A stretch of DNA of 32,000 nt from a cyanobacterium endosymbiont of Braarudosphaera bigelowii (GTDB lineage Bacteria > Cyanobacteriota > Cyanobacteriia > Cyanobacteriales > Microcystaceae). Location: the NCBI RefSeq assembly GCF_020885515.1, contig NZ_AP024987.1, forward strand, positions 660,001-692,000. Direction: 5' to 3'. The notes under the pieces are model-generated. The model was not told the origin of the DNA and ran no database searches. It saw only the letters and a program-made list of their open reading frames with translations. Every line of letters starts with the position of its first letter. Positions within the stretch are counted from its first letter, which is position 1. The position numbers were made by a program, and so were the translations under genes. Of the stretch, positions 30,361 through 32,000 are shown piece after piece.

Positions 30361-32000
30361 ATGGCACAACAGTTAAAGTTTATAAAAACTGGCAAAATTA
30401 TTTCAACATCTCTACATACGGAAATGAGACATTCGTACCTAGAGTATGCCATGAGTGTAATTGTAGGAAGAGCTTTGCCAGACGCAAGAGATGGATTAAA
30501 ACCTGTTCACCGTCGTATTCTTTATGCCATGCATGAATTAGGTTTAACTCCTGAACGACCTTTTCGTAAATGTGCCCGCGTAGTAGGCGATGTCCTCGGT
30601 AAATATCATCCTCATGGTGATCAGGCTGTATATGATGCTCTAGTTCGAATGGTGCAAGAGTTTTCAAGTCGCTACCCTTTGCTTTCGGGACATGGAAATT
30701 TTGGCTCTATAGATAATGATCCACCTGCAGCAATGCGTTATACGGAAACTAGGCTTTCCTCTATTGCAAGTTATGGAATGCTTGGAAAAATTAGTGAAAA
30801 TATTGTTGATTTCAATAATAATTTTGACAATTCTCAACAAGAACCTATTGTTCTTCCTAGTAAGTTTCCTAACTTACTGGTTAACGGTTGTACAGGCATC
30901 GCTGTAGGAATGGCTACTAATATTCCTCCACATAATTTAGGAGAGTTAGTAGATGGATTAATAGCCTTAATAGAGAAACCCGAGCTATCTAATGAAAAAT
31001 TATGGGAAATAATTCCTGGTCCAGATTTCCCCACTGGAGGTGAAATTATTCAAACGGAAGGAATTAGAGATGCTTACCGTGACGGAAAAGGGATAATTAA
31101 AGTTCGTGGAGTAGTTAATATAGAAAAGATCAATGTAGGCAAAAAGAGACGCCAAGAGAGAACAGCATTAATAATAACTGAGCTTCCTTATCAAGTAAAT
31201 AAATCCGCGTGGATTGAAAAAATTGCTGATTTAGTTAATTGTGGACGTCTAGAAGGTTTAGCAGATATTAGAGATGAAAGTGATCGTACCGGAATGAGGG
31301 TGGTAATAGAGTTAAAAAGGGATGCAGTTACTAAATTAGTTCTTAAAGAGTTATATAGAAAAACAGCTTTAGAACATAATTTTGGCGCAATTATGTTGGC
31401 TTTAGTTAATAATCAACCACGAAAACTATCTTTACGTGAGTTGTTGGAAGAATTTTTAAAATTTCGAGAAAATACTTTAACTCGTCAATACGGCAATGAA
31501 TTGAAAAATTGTCAAGATCAGTCACATATTTTAGAAGGATTACTAGTTGCTTTAAAAAACTTAGATAAAGTAATTAATATTTTGTGTGATTCTGGAGATT
31601 CAACGATTGCCAAAGAAAGATTGCAAAAAGAGTTGAATTTGAATGAGAAACAAGCCGATGGCGTTTTAGTAATGCCTATGCGACGATTAACTGGGTTGGA
31701 AAGAAAAAAGATTGAAACAGAATATAAAGAATTACAAGCCAGGATTAATCAGTTAGAAGTTTTATTAAAAAATCGTAAGGAATTTTTAAAAGAATTAAAA
31801 AAAGAACTACGTTCTCTTAAAAATAAATATGGAGATATCCGTCGTACTAAAATTATTCAAAAAGATGCTATACAAACAAACAGTTATGAACCCCAAACAA
31901 TTGATATTCAAAAACAATCAGTATTACAAAATAAAAAGAGAATACCCCGTGAGTCTAAACAATCAAACTTCGTCCCATCCAAAGATTCTATTTTAGAGAT
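30361..32000 (+). CDS. gyrA: DNA gyrase subunit A, 5' part (runs off the window; absent from the supplied ORF track)
   Basis: ATG at 30361 preceded by AAAGGAAAT; [66 protein letters not shown]. Open to base 32000. Confidence 0.96.
   Translation, partial: MAQQLKFIKTGKIISTSLHTEMRHSYLEYAMSVIVGRALPDARDGLKPVHRRILYAMHELGLTPERPFRKCARVVGDVLGKYHPHGDQAVYDALVRMVQEFSSRYPLLSGHGNFGSIDNDPPAAMRYTETRLSSIASYGMLGKISENIVDFNNNFDNSQQEPIVLPSKFPNLLVNGCTGIAVGMATNIPPHNLGELVDGLIALIEKPELSNEKLWEIIPGPDFPTGGEIIQTEGIRDAYRDGKGIIKVRGVVNIEKINVGKKRRQERTALIITELPYQVNKSAWIEKIADLVNCGRLEGLADIRDESDRTGMRVVIELKRDAVTKLVLKELYRKTALEHNFGAIMLALVNNQPRKLSLRELLEEFLKFRENTLTRQYGNELKNCQDQSHILEGLLVALKNLDKVINILCDSGDSTIAKERLQKELNLNEKQADGVLVMPMRRLTGLERKKIETEYKELQARINQLEVLLKNRKEFLKELKKELRSLKNKYGDIRRTKIIQKDAIQTNSYEPQTIDIQKQSVLQNKKRIPRESKQSNFVPSKDSILE

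Noticed and set aside
30398-31034. Three short ORFs (30398..30667 -, 30716..30907 +, 30834..31034 -)
   Set aside because: All overlap the gyrA reading frame, which starts at 30361 and stays open to 32000; it is missing from the track only because it has no stop in the window.
1-32000. Possible CRISPR array, IS element, prophage, toxin-antitoxin or defence island
   Set aside because: No regularly spaced repeats, transposase, phage gene or recognizable defence cluster seen. The only strong repeat is the 256-bp tandem duplication, which contains no transposase or terminal inverted repeats. The methyltransferase has no adjacent restriction partner.

Overview
The window is AT-rich, densely packed cyanobacterial chromosome. 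Gene content (psaE, pcyA, Vipp1/IM30, a CtpA-type protease, cyanobacterial DUF1997 and DUF2103 proteins), low GC and ordinary housekeeping genes look like a reduced diazotrophic-endosymbiont lineage such as Candidatus Atelocyanobacterium thalassa (UCYN-A). This assignment is an inference from recalled family knowledge, not a database search. Contents: partial polA, cupin protein, ribE, solitary C5-cytosine DNA methyltransferase, ctpA, glyQ, degenerate GIY-YIG-like protein, ffh, alpha/beta hydrolase, yidD, pgsA, GT2-TPR protein, tldD, FAD oxidoreductase, rsmI, dus, guaA, vipp1, an ABC-2 exporter pair plus a small exported protein, pcyA, DUF2103, clpS, DUF1997, psaE, mutM, tRNA-Gln(UUG) and partial gyrA. 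I saw no CRISPR array, IS element, prophage, toxin-antitoxin pair or obvious new defence system. The best second-look items are: (1) a perfect 256-bp tandem duplication between the ABC ATPase and permease genes that creates a hybrid 65-codon ORF; (2) a retained methyltransferase resembling the CGATCG-type cyanobacterial enzymes, with only one CGATCG/HIP1 site found in 32 kb; (3) retained ctpA and pcyA, notable if the host lineage lacks photosystem II and phycobilisomes; (4) unusually long perfect AT-rich inverted repeats in intergenic DNA, especially 19735-19782 and 21546-21609.
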